A stretch of 64,000 nt of DNA from Trueperaceae bacterium (GTDB taxonomy: Bacteria; Deinococcota; Deinococci; Deinococcales; Trueperaceae): NCBI GenBank assembly GCA_965213705.1, contig OZ243913.1, forward strand, positions 896,001 to 960,000, in the 5' to 3' direction. The position numbers and the translations under genes are program-made. Below are positions 21,051 to 30,334 of this stretch, one piece after another. The notes beneath the pieces are model-generated. The model worked only from the letters and a program-made list of their open reading frames with translations. It was not told the origin of the DNA and ran no database searches. Within the stretch, counting starts at the first letter, position 1; every line of letters begins with the position of its first letter.

Positions 21051-21094
21051 AAGACACTGCCACTTGACATAGTTTCATCAAGTGGCAGTGTCTT
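21051..21094 (+). terminator. 17-bp hairpin after tRNA-Cys
   Basis: AAGACACTGCCACTTGA ... TCAAGTGGCAGTGTCTT. Confidence 0.6.
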
Positions 21095-21196
21095 TGGCTT
21101 CCCTCTGTTACTTGACGCCCAACGCCCGTATAACGTAACTTTTACGTAAGCGTTTAAAAGTTGCCGAGCAGGTTCAAAAGCCGTAAGGAGGTGTCC

Positions 21197-21360
21197 GTGA
21201 GGTCGACCTTGGAGGATGCGCAACAGCTCGAGGTTTCGTCTGCAACCGTTCCCAGGGCCCTGAACGGAAAAACCGGGGTTTCGGGAGAACACCGCAGCGC
21301 GTTTTTGAGGTGGCGAACGAACTCGGCCTTTCCCGAACTTGACGGCTCGAGATACCCCGA
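21197..21360 (+). pseudogene. Degraded LacI-family HTH remnant
   Basis: AAGGAGG RBS then STLED.QQLEVSSATVPRALNGKTGVS, continuing across frameshifts as QRVFEVANELG and PNLTAR. Confidence 0.7.
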
Positions 21361-21372
21361 GGAGGCCGTAGC

Positions 21373-22095
21373 GTGAAACGCTCGCAGGTGAACAAGGTTA
21401 TCGGCGAAGCGCTCGTTTTTTGTCAGGAGCGGAACTTTTTGCTGCCCCCCTTCGCCCACTGGACCCTGAGCGACTGGCTCGCTAACCACGAGGCCTACCA
21501 GGAAATCGTCGACAACCAGATGGGCTGGGACATCACCGACTTCGCCAGCGGGGATTTTGCCAAGGTCGGCGCGCTCATCTTCGTCCTGCGCAACGGCAAC
21601 TCCAACAATCCCGCTTACCCTAAGCCTTACTGCGAAAAAATCCTGATTCAGGCCGAGGGCCAACTGTTGCCCACCCATTTCCACTGGAAAAAAATGGAGG
21701 ACATCGTCAACCGGGGCGGCGGCACGCTGTTAGTAGCGCTGCACAACGCGCTCAGCGACGAGGCGCTTGACCCCGCCACCCCCGTCACCGTGACGATGGA
21801 CGGCAGGAGCGTAAAGGTTCCGGCGGGTGAGCCCCTCGAGGTGGGGCCGGGCGAAAGCGTCACGCTGACCCCCAGACAGTTTCACAGCTTCTGGGTGAAG
21901 CCGGGCAGCGGGAAAGTTTTGCTGGGTGAGGTGTCCACCGTTGCCGACGAAGAAGCGGATAACAACTTCCCCGACCACCACGGCCGCCTGCCCGACATCG
22001 AAGAGGACGAGGCGCCCAGACACCTGCTTTTTAAAGACTACGTCCTACTGAAAAACCCCGACGCCTGGCCCGACGCTTGGAAAGATGCCGGCTGA
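21373..22095 (+). CDS. D-lyxose/D-mannose family sugar isomerase (cupin)
   Basis: MKRS.VN, LPPFA.W, GWDITDF, KPYCEK, HFHWKKMEDIVNRGGG, GEVS. Confidence 0.9.
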   Translation: MKRSQVNKVIGEALVFCQERNFLLPPFAHWTLSDWLANHEAYQEIVDNQMGWDITDFASGDFAKVGALIFVLRNGNSNNPAYPKPYCEKILIQAEGQLLPTHFHWKKMEDIVNRGGGTLLVALHNALSDEALDPATPVTVTMDGRSVKVPAGEPLEVGPGESVTLTPRQFHSFWVKPGSGKVLLGEVSTVADEEADNNFPDHHGRLPDIEEDEAPRHLLFKDYVLLKNPDAWPDAWKDAG

Positions 22096-22392
22096 AGCGC
22101 CAGCGCACCTTGTTCACACTTTCCTCGAGAAGTTGCAAACCCTTTGTCGGTGCAGCCGGACGACGCCAACGCATCCCCTGAAGACGGTCACCCAACATAA
22201 ATCTGTCCTACAGTGTCGAGGCCACGATTCTTCGACAATGAAGGCAGTTTTACGCCGAAGACAGGGTCACGCGCTCCTGAGCCTCCGTGTCTTTTTGTCA
22301 CCCGGTCCGGGATGAGAACAGTTCAAACTCGGTTCGTGACTTTCCAAACCTTCCCTCACGAAGGTGCAACCCTCACAAACAAAGGAGAACAT

Positions 22393-22668
22393 ATGGCAGC
22401 TCTTCCCGACGAACAGCTTGAGATTCTCAAACTGCTTGCGGCAGACCCTCAGCAAAACACCCTCGTCGAAAACGCGCCGGAGCAGAGTTGGTACGTTTAT
22501 GAGTTTACCGAGCAGCCACCGCGCATTACCGACGTGCGGCGGGATGTAGCCGCCGCCCTTCGAGACTATGTTGAGCGCGTCGAGCCCGGCCTGCAAAGAA
22601 AAGACTTACCCGCTACCTACACGGTTTACACGCTTTCCGACTTGGGCAAAGACATTGTGAGTTCTTAA
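22393..22668 (+). CDS. Hypothetical protein
   Basis: AAAGGAGA RBS, 91-aa ORF. Confidence 0.6.
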   Translation: MAALPDEQLEILKLLAADPQQNTLVENAPEQSWYVYEFTEQPPRITDVRRDVAAALRDYVERVEPGLQRKDLPATYTVYTLSDLGKDIVSS

Positions 22669-22809
22669 AACCGTCAGTGTCAGCTGTTCAGGGCAACCCC
22701 AGCACCACGAACTCGCTTAGGAGGAGGCAACGTCAAAAAAGGCTCTTGCGTTTCCCTCACCCTTGGCGGTGAAGTCTGACGCCGTTCGGTTTCACCCTAC
22801 CGGATAAAA

Positions 22810-23006
22810 CTAACCCTTTCGTTTGATTCCGAGGAATTGAACGTGAGCAGGCAGTCCTGAGCCGTTGGAAACCGCCAACGCTTTCCAAGCGCTCAGCGAT
22901 GATGGTCACTGCACAGGGTTCGGGACCCTGTGCAGTGACCACGAATAAAAGACAAAAGCGAAAAACTTTTCCAAAGTTTATAAGCTGTAATACCGGAATC
23001 CTTGTC
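22810..23006 (-). mobile_element. Short intergenic repeat (SRE-like), degenerate copy with an inserted hairpin
   Basis: CCCTTTCGTTTGATTCC..GAGCAG and TTCCAAAGTTTATAAGCTGTAATACCGGAATCC match the two ends of 9556-9684; 16-bp hairpin at 22904-22940. Confidence 0.6.
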
Positions 23007-23145
23007 GGCTTGCGAATTCTGGCCGTGACAACCTTGTCAAGCCGTAGGTTTGTGGTCGAACAGCCCGCCGACTCGAAAGACACAGGGCGTCAACCCTCGA
23101 GCAAAACGGGTAGACTCATGTTGGGGCGGCGAGAGAGCAGGAGCG

Positions 23146-24291
23146 ATGAACCTAGCCGACCCCGGTATCCGCCAGCACGAGCAAGACGACCGGCAAGGCC
23201 GCACCTACGCCGAAGCACTTGTCGACACCCTGCAAGAAGGTCTGCTGGTTTTGGACGCCGACCTAAACGTCGAAACGGCCAACGCCTCGTTTTACAACAT
23301 GTTCGGGGTCGACGAGGCCGAAACCGCAAACAAACGCGTCTTCGACCTGGGCAACGGCCAGTGGGACATTCCCGAGCTGCGGCGGCTGCTCGAAGAGGTG
23401 CTGTCCAAAGACAAGACCGTCGCAGGCTTCGAGGTGACCCACACTTTTGAAACCATCGGTCGGCGCGTCATGGTGCTGAACGCCCGGCGACTCGACCACA
23501 TGCAGCTCGTGTTGACCTTCACCGACACGACCGAGACCAACGCGGCGCAAACGGCGCTTGCCGCGTTGAACGACACGCTCGAGGCCAAGGTTACCGCGCG
23601 CACCCTTGACCTAGCGCGCAGCGATTTGCGCTTCCGCCGCGCTTTCGAGATGGGTCCGGTCGCCGCCGCCATGACCACGCTGGACGACGAGCACTTTACA
23701 GACGTCAACGACAGCTTTTTGCAGCTGACCGGCTACTGCCGGAACGAGGTCGTCGGCCACAGCGCTGGCGAACTGGGCATGTGGTCGAGCCGCGAGGACC
23801 GGAGCAAGCTCGAGGTCGCCGAGCGAGCGGGCGGTTTTCGTGAACTGCAGCTCAAAATCACAGACAAAGCCGGAATAACCAGAGACGTTTCGGCGTCGGG
23901 CGAGCTTATCCGCACCGACGGGCACGAGGGCTGGTTGAAGATGTTCGTGGACGTGACCGACAAAAAGCGCAGCGAAGAGGAACTGCTGCGGGCCATTGAT
24001 GAAGTCATGCGCGACACGGGCTGGTTCAGCCGCAGTGTGGTCGAGAAGCTCGCCAACCTGCGGGCTCGAGCCCAGGACCTTCCTTCAACCGAAATCCAAG
24101 ACCTTACCGGGCGCGAACGCCAGGTGCTCGGGAAAATAGCGCAGGGCTTAAGCAACGACCAAATTGCCGAGACCCTTGCCATCAGCCGAAACACGGTACG
24201 CAACTACGTCGCGAACGTGTACGGCAAACTCGGCGTGTCCTCCCGCGCCGAGGCGGTGGTGTGGGCGCGCGAGCGGGGTATCGTGAGCTAG
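23146..24291 (+). CDS. PAS-PAS-LuxR one-component regulator
   Basis: LLVLDADL..ANASFY..GNGQWDIPELR PAS, second PAS VNDSFLQLTGY, LTGRERQVL...TVRNYVANVYGKLGV HTH. Confidence 0.88.
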   Translation: MNLADPGIRQHEQDDRQGRTYAEALVDTLQEGLLVLDADLNVETANASFYNMFGVDEAETANKRVFDLGNGQWDIPELRRLLEEVLSKDKTVAGFEVTHTFETIGRRVMVLNARRLDHMQLVLTFTDTTETNAAQTALAALNDTLEAKVTARTLDLARSDLRFRRAFEMGPVAAAMTTLDDEHFTDVNDSFLQLTGYCRNEVVGHSAGELGMWSSREDRSKLEVAERAGGFRELQLKITDKAGITRDVSASGELIRTDGHEGWLKMFVDVTDKKRSEEELLRAIDEVMRDTGWFSRSVVEKLANLRARAQDLPSTEIQDLTGRERQVLGKIAQGLSNDQIAETLAISRNTVRNYVANVYGKLGVSSRAEAVVWARERGIVS

Positions 24292-24593
24292 AAGCTCAGC
24301 CGCGGCTATACGTGCCTTGACGCGTTCGGGTTGGTGGCTGACGCGCTCACGTCGGACGGTTGGGCTTTGCTTTTCGGTCGTCAAGGTCGTCGGGGCGGCG
24401 GTCGGCAAACGGTCGGCCCGAGCGGCGAGTTGATTGGGGAAACTACCGCCTTGTCTCGGTGTTCTCAGGCGTGACCGCCCTCGCACACTTCCCAAAGTAC
24501 CCGCAGCGTGGTGGGGTTAGGATGAAAAGGAAAAGGCCCCGCCCGACACCTACGTCGGTTTGGTGGGCACGCTGCAGCTACCTCAATGACGGG

Positions 24594-25040
24594 ATGGTCA
24601 AAGCTATCTACCTGCGTCACGCAACTCTGGCCGACCTGGCCGCGCTCGAGGTTCTTGAGCAAACGTTTCCCGGCGACCGTCTATCGCGCCGCGGTTTGCG
24701 TCACCTGCTGACCCGCGCCAACGCCGCCGTGCTCGTCGCGGAGCAAGACACCCTGCTGGGCGACGCCGTCGTGCTGTTTCGAAAAGGCTCGAGCCGCGCC
24801 CGCCTCTACTCGCTCGTCGTCGCCCCGGAAGCGCGGGGGCGAGGTTTGGGAGCAAGGCTGTTGAACGAGGTCGAGACGGAAGCTCGAGCGCGGGGTTGCA
24901 CCAAACTGAGGCTCGAGGTCCGCGAGGACAACGTAGCCGCCACCCGTCTTTACGAACGTGCCGGGTTTCAACACGCAGGCCGCGTGGACGACTACTACGA
25001 AGACCACGCTGGTGCTGTGAAGATGGTTAAAAATTTGTAG
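24594..25040 (+). CDS. GNAT N-acetyltransferase (RimI-like)
   Basis: LYSLVVAPEARGRGLG, LEVREDN.AA.RLYE..GF, YYED; start approximate. Confidence 0.85.
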   Translation: MVKAIYLRHATLADLAALEVLEQTFPGDRLSRRGLRHLLTRANAAVLVAEQDTLLGDAVVLFRKGSSRARLYSLVVAPEARGRGLGARLLNEVETEARARGCTKLRLEVREDNVAATRLYERAGFQHAGRVDDYYEDHAGAVKMVKNL

Positions 25041-25121
25041 GGGCGGCTCGAGAGTTTGTTGGAACTTTTCAAATTTCACTCAAACCGCACTTGTTTACCG
25101 CGTATCTCGGTGTACTGTAGC

Positions 25122-25247
25122 TAATACGGATTGCGATAATACGCTAAATAAACTCGGTAGAGATACTCCGCTCCTTACTGCAATCCGTATTTTTCTTCTC
25201 GTTACACTCGGGTTTATTCCTTTAGGAATAAACCGGAAACGGTATGA
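25122..25247 (+). mobile_element. Short intergenic repeat (SRE-like), copy 3
   Basis: TAATACGGATTGCG ... TTCTCGTTACACTCGG GTTTATTCC-TTTA-GGAATAAAC CGGAAACGGTATGA. Confidence 0.65.
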
Positions 25248-25528
25248 GGATGAACAGAAAACGAGACACGGCGCTGACCGTGGCGGCCATTTTAAGTTTT
25301 GCCGTCATTCACTTTGCCGCGAGTTTTTCCGTGGCGTTCGTCGGGGGCATCTTGGGCGGCGCTTACGTGGTAGCGGGCTACATCCTTCTGTTTCCCCTGT
25401 CGCTTTGGCAAGGGCCGGACAGTGCAGTGCTGGGCTGGTTGGGCTGGGCGCTCACCAGTTTGGTGTGGGGCTGGGGACTGTACACGCTGAGTCTCTTTTT
25501 GGCGCAGTCGCTGAGGCGTAAAGCTTAA
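25244..25528 (+). CDS. Small hypothetical membrane protein
   Basis: 94-aa ORF with about three hydrophobic helices. Confidence 0.6.
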   Translation: MRMNRKRDTALTVAAILSFAVIHFAASFSVAFVGGILGGAYVVAGYILLFPLSLWQGPDSAVLGWLGWALTSLVWGWGLYTLSLFLAQSLRRKA

Positions 25529-25548
25529 AAAACAGCTTGCAGAAACAG

Positions 25549-26208
25549 TCACGAAGCTACCGGAAGACGCTTCGCTCGTCTGAACAACCTTATCAAGAAG
25601 AACCCAAACATCATCAGGAAGCCGTAGAAGTACATAATGGAGGGCCAAAAAAAGTAAACACCGAGCGCGAAGAACGAGACCAGCGGCACGACCGCCGCGC
25701 GCAGCATGATGTAGCGCACTTGTGCGGGCTCGAGCGCGGAGTCAATCAAGCGGTGCTTGTGCGACGCGTATCCCCACAACAGCATGTTGACCAGGCCGAG
25801 GAGCGCGACGCACGAAGTATAAAAAGTCATGGTGACGGGTTGGAACAGCGAACGTGCGACGATGGCACTCGGCACGGGCAAAAAAGCGATTACGAGCAAA
25901 AAGACCAGGTTGAGCCACAGCAGCGTGTTGTCCCCCCGTTTGATAAGTCGGAACATACGGTGGTGAACAATCCAGTAAATGCCGATAATTAGAAAGCTCT
26001 GAACAAAAGCCAAGACGGAAGGTGTTATCGTTGCCAGGAGCGGCCAGAACTGGTCCGCGACAACCTCCGGTTCGGCCTCGGGAAAGCGAATCTCCAAGGC
26101 CAACAGCGTAATCGCGATGGCGAAGACCCCGTCGCTGAAGGCGTACAGACGCGGTAAGTCGACTTCTGAAACGTCCTCAGCGGGAGGTTGACCGGGCGCT
26201 GGCTTCAT
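25549..26208 (-). CDS. TMEM175 (DUF1211) family channel
   Basis: RLYAFSDGVFAIAITLL signature, SFLIIGIYW..HH, LWLNL.FL. Confidence 0.88.
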   Translation of the reverse strand: MKPAPGQPPAEDVSEVDLPRLYAFSDGVFAIAITLLALEIRFPEAEPEVVADQFWPLLATITPSVLAFVQSFLIIGIYWIVHHRMFRLIKRGDNTLLWLNLVFLLVIAFLPVPSAIVARSLFQPVTMTFYTSCVALLGLVNMLLWGYASHKHRLIDSALEPAQVRYIMLRAAVVPLVSFFALGVYFFWPSIMYFYGFLMMFGFFLIRLFRRAKRLPVAS

Positions 26209-26216
26209 GGGCCAGT

Positions 26217-26405
26217 CTATCCTAACCCAGTGTGGCACCCGGTCGAGCTCTGAGTTGTAAAGACGGCTATCCAAAAGTCTATGTCACCCGTCGCGCGCGG
26301 GTAGCCGTGATAACCGACTGCGTAACCGCCGACCAGCAGATACTCAGCGCTTTTGGAGTTCAGCAACTGCAAAAACTCTTTGAAGTCGGGCGGTAGTTGG
26401 GTCAT
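26217..26405 (-). pseudogene. Truncated nucleotidyltransferase-family gene
   Basis: DFKEFL.LLN...EYLLVGGYAV.YHGYPRATGDIDFW, then similarity is lost after ~48 aa. Confidence 0.75.
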
Positions 26406-26556
26406 AGCTATAGTTCAACTGACGCAAAAGTTCGACGGTTCGCAAACGCTCCTGAGGCGTTTTCGCCCACCAAAAGGTTTTATCGTCCGGTTCATCCTCG
26501 AGGGAAACCACAGAAAAAGCTGTTTTATCTACCTTGACTGTCGAGATGGCGTTCAT
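26344..26556 (-). CDS. Small protein upstream of the NTase (putative TA-like partner)
   Basis: DKTAFSVVSL..FWWAKTPQERL..VELLRQ.NY.YDP..ARLQRV; overlaps the NTase start. Confidence 0.7.
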   Translation of the reverse strand: MNAISTVKVDKTAFSVVSLEDEPDDKTFWWAKTPQERLRTVELLRQLNYSYDPTTARLQRVFAVAELQKR

Positions 26557-26683
26557 ACTTTCAATCTCTTGTTGATTGTACAGCTTTTTGTTGAGTTGCG
26601 GCTCGAGCGATAAATCATTCGTTCGTCAAAAAGTTATGGGCAATTCAGCGTCCTTTGCAGTGCTTAGGTGGGGTAAAAATAGC

Positions 26684-27025
26684 TTACATCATGCCATAAA
26701 AATAGTTGGGGACAGACGCCTGCCGCCATTTAGCAAAAATGACACCAAGTTCTTTTGGGGTAACCGAAATATAATCCTGCCAGACATCTTGTCGCCCGTG
26801 GGGATAACCGAGCAAGTTATTGATAGAATTGTTGATGGCGAGAACGACTTCTTCTGAATCTTCGTTAACGTTCGGCCAATCATCAACTACCTGCCTAACT
26901 TCTTGACGGTACAGGCCGAACAAAATATGGAACTCCCAATCGGGGAAAAATGGTCCTTTTGCCGCTGCTGTAAGGCACTCAAGAATAACTTGCTGCTCGT
27001 CTTTACTTAGGTCACTAATTGCCAT
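26684..27025 (-). CDS. Hypothetical AT-rich protein (possible immunity protein / cassette gene)
   Basis: GAGGAG RBS, FPDWEF..LFG and NNLLGYPH segments, low GC. Confidence 0.7.
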   Translation of the reverse strand: MAISDLSKDEQQVILECLTAAAKGPFFPDWEFHILFGLYRQEVRQVVDDWPNVNEDSEEVVLAINNSINNLLGYPHGRQDVWQDYISVTPKELGVIFAKWRQASVPNYFYGMM

Positions 27026-27076
27026 GATCTCCTCAAAAACTTTACCTCGAGAAATGTTCACGCCCTAACAAACGCT

Positions 27077-27949
27077 CTACTCCCCCGCCAAATACCGAAT
27101 AATCTCCTGATAAATCTCCGGGTTGGCCGCGTCCTCGCCGTCGGCCTCGATGGTCGGGTTGTCGTTCACCTCGATGACGTAAAACTCGCCGTCGATTTCT
27201 TTCAAGTCCACGCCGTATAAACTCTTGCCGACGGCGTCGGCGGCTGCCAGCGCGACGGACACAAGCTTAGGGTTGGCCTCGTCGCGCGGCACGGCTATTA
27301 CTTGCGCCCACTCGCCTTCTTTGCCGCGCTCCATCAGTTTCCACTTGTCCTGCACAAACACGTAGCGGATAACCGCGAGCAACTTGCCGTCCAGCGTCAG
27401 CACGCGCCAGTCGAACTCGCTTGGTAAATACTGCTGCACGACGAGGCGGTCGGCGCGGCGCAGGAACTTTCTCCCGGTTTTGACGAACCCTTCGGGCGTG
27501 GTCACTTTGTCGACGTAGTTCGAAAAGCTCGAGTTCGGCGCTTTCAAGACCAGCGGCGTGCCGAGCGCCTCGAACAGCTCCCCGGCGTTTTCGCGCGTCA
27601 CCTCGGGGTCGTTCAAAAAGCGCGTCTCCGGCACGGGCACGTTGCTAGCCATGAGCCGCGCGTACATGTTCACCTTGTCGCAGCAAATGCGAATCGACTC
27701 GCTGTGGTCGAGCACGCGCAGCCCGCGCAGTTCGGCCATGCGCGCGACCGCATAGGAGGCGTTGCGCGGGTCGGTGAGGGCGCGGATGAAGACGCCGTCG
27801 TAGTTTGACAGGTACTTCAACTCGTTTTTAAACAGAAAGTCGAGCCCGTGCCCAAGCTCGAACGCCGCTATTCGAAAGTTCGACAGCGCGGTGAGTTCGA
27901 CCGACGAGCGAATCGTGTAGCGCTCGGTGTAGATGGCTAGCTTTGCCAC
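27077..27949 (-). CDS. RimK-like ATP-grasp ligase (catalytic part)
   Basis: FIRALT, ICCDK, PLVLKAPNSSFS, QQYLPSEFDWR, LYGVDLKE, IEVNDNP; GTG start with GGAGG. Confidence 0.9.
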   Translation of the reverse strand: MAKLAIYTERYTIRSSVELTALSNFRIAAFELGHGLDFLFKNELKYLSNYDGVFIRALTDPRNASYAVARMAELRGLRVLDHSESIRICCDKVNMYARLMASNVPVPETRFLNDPEVTRENAGELFEALGTPLVLKAPNSSFSNYVDKVTTPEGFVKTGRKFLRRADRLVVQQYLPSEFDWRVLTLDGKLLAVIRYVFVQDKWKLMERGKEGEWAQVIAVPRDEANPKLVSVALAAADAVGKSLYGVDLKEIDGEFYVIEVNDNPTIEADGEDAANPEIYQEIIRYLAGE

Positions 27950-28518
27950 GGCTCGAGTCCCTCCAGCAGCTTTTTCTCGTTCAGGGTGAGGCTGTCGAAG
28001 GGCAGCGGCTCGAGGGCGGACAACAAGTAGTTTGTAGCGCTCACGATGACCCGGACCCGCATCAGGGGCAGCCGGAACACGCCAAACACCTCGGCGGCGA
28101 GGTCGCGGTACTCTTCGGTTAAGCACTTGCCGAGCACGCAGCGCGCCACGTCGACGCGGTAGTCCCCCGTCAATCTTTGACAAATCACCGCGTACTTGCC
28201 GCTCATGGTGAGGGCCTTGCGCCGCTGTTTGAGCGTGTCCTTGTCACTGACGAGTTCGCCCTGGTCCATAAACGGGTTGATGGGGTAGGCCAGCACGGGC
28301 GGCGGCAACAATTTTTCGGTGACGATTTCGTAGTCCGGCACGGCCAAACCCGCGGCCCGCGCCTTTTCCATCGCGATGGGCACCACGTAAGCGTCGAGCG
28401 CGTCTTGGGTCGTCGGGATGATGCTCAAGCCTGCGAGTTCGGCGTCGAGCGAGTCGTAGTAGCCGCTGAGCAGGTAGCTGTAGTCGCCGGACAAGTTGAC
28501 GTGCGTCACGTCCTTCAT
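27937..28518 (-). CDS. RimK-like ATP-grasp N-terminal (RLAN) domain protein
   Basis: VNLSGDYSYLLSGYYDSLDAE..G..IPT resembles the RLAN motif; overlaps the ATP-grasp start. Confidence 0.75.
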   Translation of the reverse strand: MKDVTHVNLSGDYSYLLSGYYDSLDAELAGLSIIPTTQDALDAYVVPIAMEKARAAGLAVPDYEIVTEKLLPPPVLAYPINPFMDQGELVSDKDTLKQRRKALTMSGKYAVICQRLTGDYRVDVARCVLGKCLTEEYRDLAAEVFGVFRLPLMRVRVIVSATNYLLSALEPLPFDSLTLNEKKLLEGLEPWQS

Positions 28519-28632
28519 GCCGTCCGGGCTGTGCTTGTAAATCAGGGTCGGGCTCAGACCATCACCTCAGCAAAAAGAAAGTACCGAGTACCGAGTGAAA
28601 AGTATCGGGTAAAAAGCGGCAAGACCAAAGAA

Positions 28633-28812
28633 TCATACTCGGTTTCTCGCGCTTTGCAAAACCAGCAAGGTCATCACCCCGAAAGCGAGCATCACGTAAA
28701 TCCAAGCTGAGAGCGGCGAACGGCAGCCGCAAGGGAACGACGAGACCGACAAACCCAATATTCCGAGGCTGTTGAAAAGGCTCGAGCCACCTTGACCGAG
28801 CGTCGCTGACAT
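28633..28812 (-). pseudogene. Frameshifted C-terminal relic of a Ca/Na antiporter (CaCA/YrbG-like)
   Basis: GSSLFNSLGILGL, then VGLVVPLRLPFAALSLD in another frame, then YVMLAFGVMTLL; resembles alpha-2 repeat GSNIFN.LGILG. Confidence 0.5.
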
Positions 28813-28886
28813 TCGGGGCTTGGGGCGAGGGGCTCGAGGTTAGCAGGAAAAGTTTTTTGTTGAGCCGCCCGTTGTTTTCAAAAGCT

Positions 28887-29102
28887 TTATAATCTTTCAC
28901 GCCCTTCGCGGATTAGCTCAACAATTTCTTTAGTCGAAACACCTAAATCAATGCCCGCTACGTCAAGGGCGGAACGCTTGATTTTTTCCGGCTTGAGAAT
29001 AAACACTTGTCCGTCCAGCCGTCTAATCCGAACTTCACCTTCTTCACGGGCGCGCTCAAGCAAAACGGACAAACTTTCTTGGGTTTCCAGGTAGGTTTGC
29101 AT
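28887..29102 (-). CDS. Putative antitoxin (Phd-like)
   Basis: LSVLLERAREEGEVRIRRLDG..F.LKP; TAATG overlap with the PIN gene. Confidence 0.75.
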   Translation of the reverse strand: MQTYLETQESLSVLLERAREEGEVRIRRLDGQVFILKPEKIKRSALDVAGIDLGVSTKEIVELIREGRERL

Positions 29103-29503
29103 TAGTCGGCCTCCCAAACTTCTACGCCCGCCGCTTTTGCCGCGTAAACTAAACCGCCGTCTAACGTCAGTAGCGGACAACTTCGGTTTAACGCGCAAAC
29201 AATCATATAAGCGTCATAGGCATAAACTTTGTGCCTGTCAACAATTTCCAAGGCTTGTTCTAAATCGACATCAACTAAGTCAACCGAAATTTGCCCGTAC
29301 ATTTCAACCGCCATCGCTGCTTGCTCCAGCGTAATGCGTCCGCGTTTGAGCATCGCCGAAAATGCGTTGCCGATTTCCCAGTACAACGAACGCGGCGCAA
29401 TCAAATCATAGCCTTGCGTTTTGGCAATCAGCAAAGGCTTCTCCGGTTCGTTAGCAATGACGGCGATAACGGTTGACGTATCTACGACTAAATCGTTGTT
29501 CAT
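29102..29503 (-). CDS. VapC/PIN-domain toxin
   Basis: VVDTS, WEIGNA, YAYDAY, LLTLD acidic PIN motifs. Confidence 0.9.
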   Translation of the reverse strand: MNNDLVVDTSTVIAVIANEPEKPLLIAKTQGYDLIAPRSLYWEIGNAFSAMLKRGRITLEQAAMAVEMYGQISVDLVDVDLEQALEIVDRHKVYAYDAYMIVCALNRSCPLLTLDGGLVYAAKAAGVEVWEAD

Positions 29504-29549
29504 GACTACACGAACGTAAGTTTAGCAAATATGTGTCTGAAGTGCCTGC

Positions 29550-30050
29550 TCATACCCATTCCGGGTAATTCCCTAGTAAACTAAGCGGATGAACAAAGGC
29601 GGCAGACCCGGAATAGAATTGAAGGCGCAGCATAGCGTCGAGGAGCTTAAAGAGCACTTCAGAGCCTGCACGTGTGCGGTAGAAAGACGGCGCATCCAAG
29701 TGGTGTGGTGGCTGGTAGAAGGCCGCAGTCGCAAGGAGGCGACGGCACTTTCAGCGTATTCGAGCTTTAGTGTGTTGGACATCATCAAGCGCTATAACGA
29801 GCAAGGTTTGGAAGGACTCAAAGACCGCCGTCACGAGAATAGGGGTGCGCCCAGCTTACTGAGTGATGAAGAGCTACTGCGCCTAGCTCAGGTGCTGCGC
29901 AAAGACTACGCCGAGGGCAAAATCTGGAACGGACAAAAAGTGGTTGACTGGTTACAAGAAGCGTTGGGCAAAGACGTACATCTCAGCCGCGCTTACGAAC
30001 ACTTTGCAGCGACAGGGTTCAGCCTGCGAGCACCCCGACCCGCGCATGTC
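29550..30050 (+). mobile_element. Truncated IS630-family element (left end + HTH part of the transposase)
   Basis: ORF from 29589: ERRRIQVVW..IKRYNEQGLEGLKDRR..GFSLRAPRPAH; no DDE domain; left end TCATACCCATTCCGG. Confidence 0.8.
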
Positions 30051-30086
30051 AATGAGGACATCCGTGTCGATGAGCAACTCCGCCAT
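30048..30086 (-). pseudogene. N-terminal stub of a second VapC
   Basis: MAELLIDTDVLID directly after an antitoxin gene, cut at the IS630 junction. Confidence 0.7.
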
Positions 30087-30100
30087 AAGCGTCTGCGCCT

Positions 30101-30334
30101 TTAGAATCTATCCCATTCAGTACGCAGTTCTTCAAAATTAGGCAAGTCTTGTCGCTCTTTCCAAATACCACGTGCCTGACGTAAAACCGCCAGACGAGTC
30201 TCGAGTTGGTGATGAGTCAAGAAGTGCTTAACGGCTTCGTGCAGTATTTCCTCTTGCGTCTTGCCCCTACTTTGGCTGAGAGCTTGAAGGGCTCGGCTTT
30301 CCGCTTCGCTCAAAGTGATTTGCGCTGTGGTCAT
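30101..30334 (-). CDS. Ribbon-helix-helix (CopG/VapB-like) antitoxin
   Basis: AQITLSE...GKTQEEILHEAV...ARGIWKER.DLP..LR.EWDR. Confidence 0.75.
   Translation of the reverse strand: MTTAQITLSEAESRALQALSQSRGKTQEEILHEAVKHFLTHHQLETRLAVLRQARGIWKERQDLPNFEELRTEWDRF

Noticed and set aside
22904..22940. c-di-GMP-I riboswitch (similar GGTCAC..GCACAGGG start)
   Set aside because: It is a simple perfect hairpin lacking the two-stem tetraloop/receptor architecture
24292..24590. ORF or N-terminal extension of the GNAT
   Set aside because: Arg-rich non-protein-like translation with no recognisable motif
25122..25195. Standalone sRNA or Y RNA
   Set aside because: The stem is part of the SRE-like repeat and lacks the Y-RNA bulged helix; transcription is not excluded
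28670..28830. Structured ncRNA closed by CCCCGAA/TTCGGGG
   Set aside because: Better explained as a frameshifted antiporter relic on the minus strand
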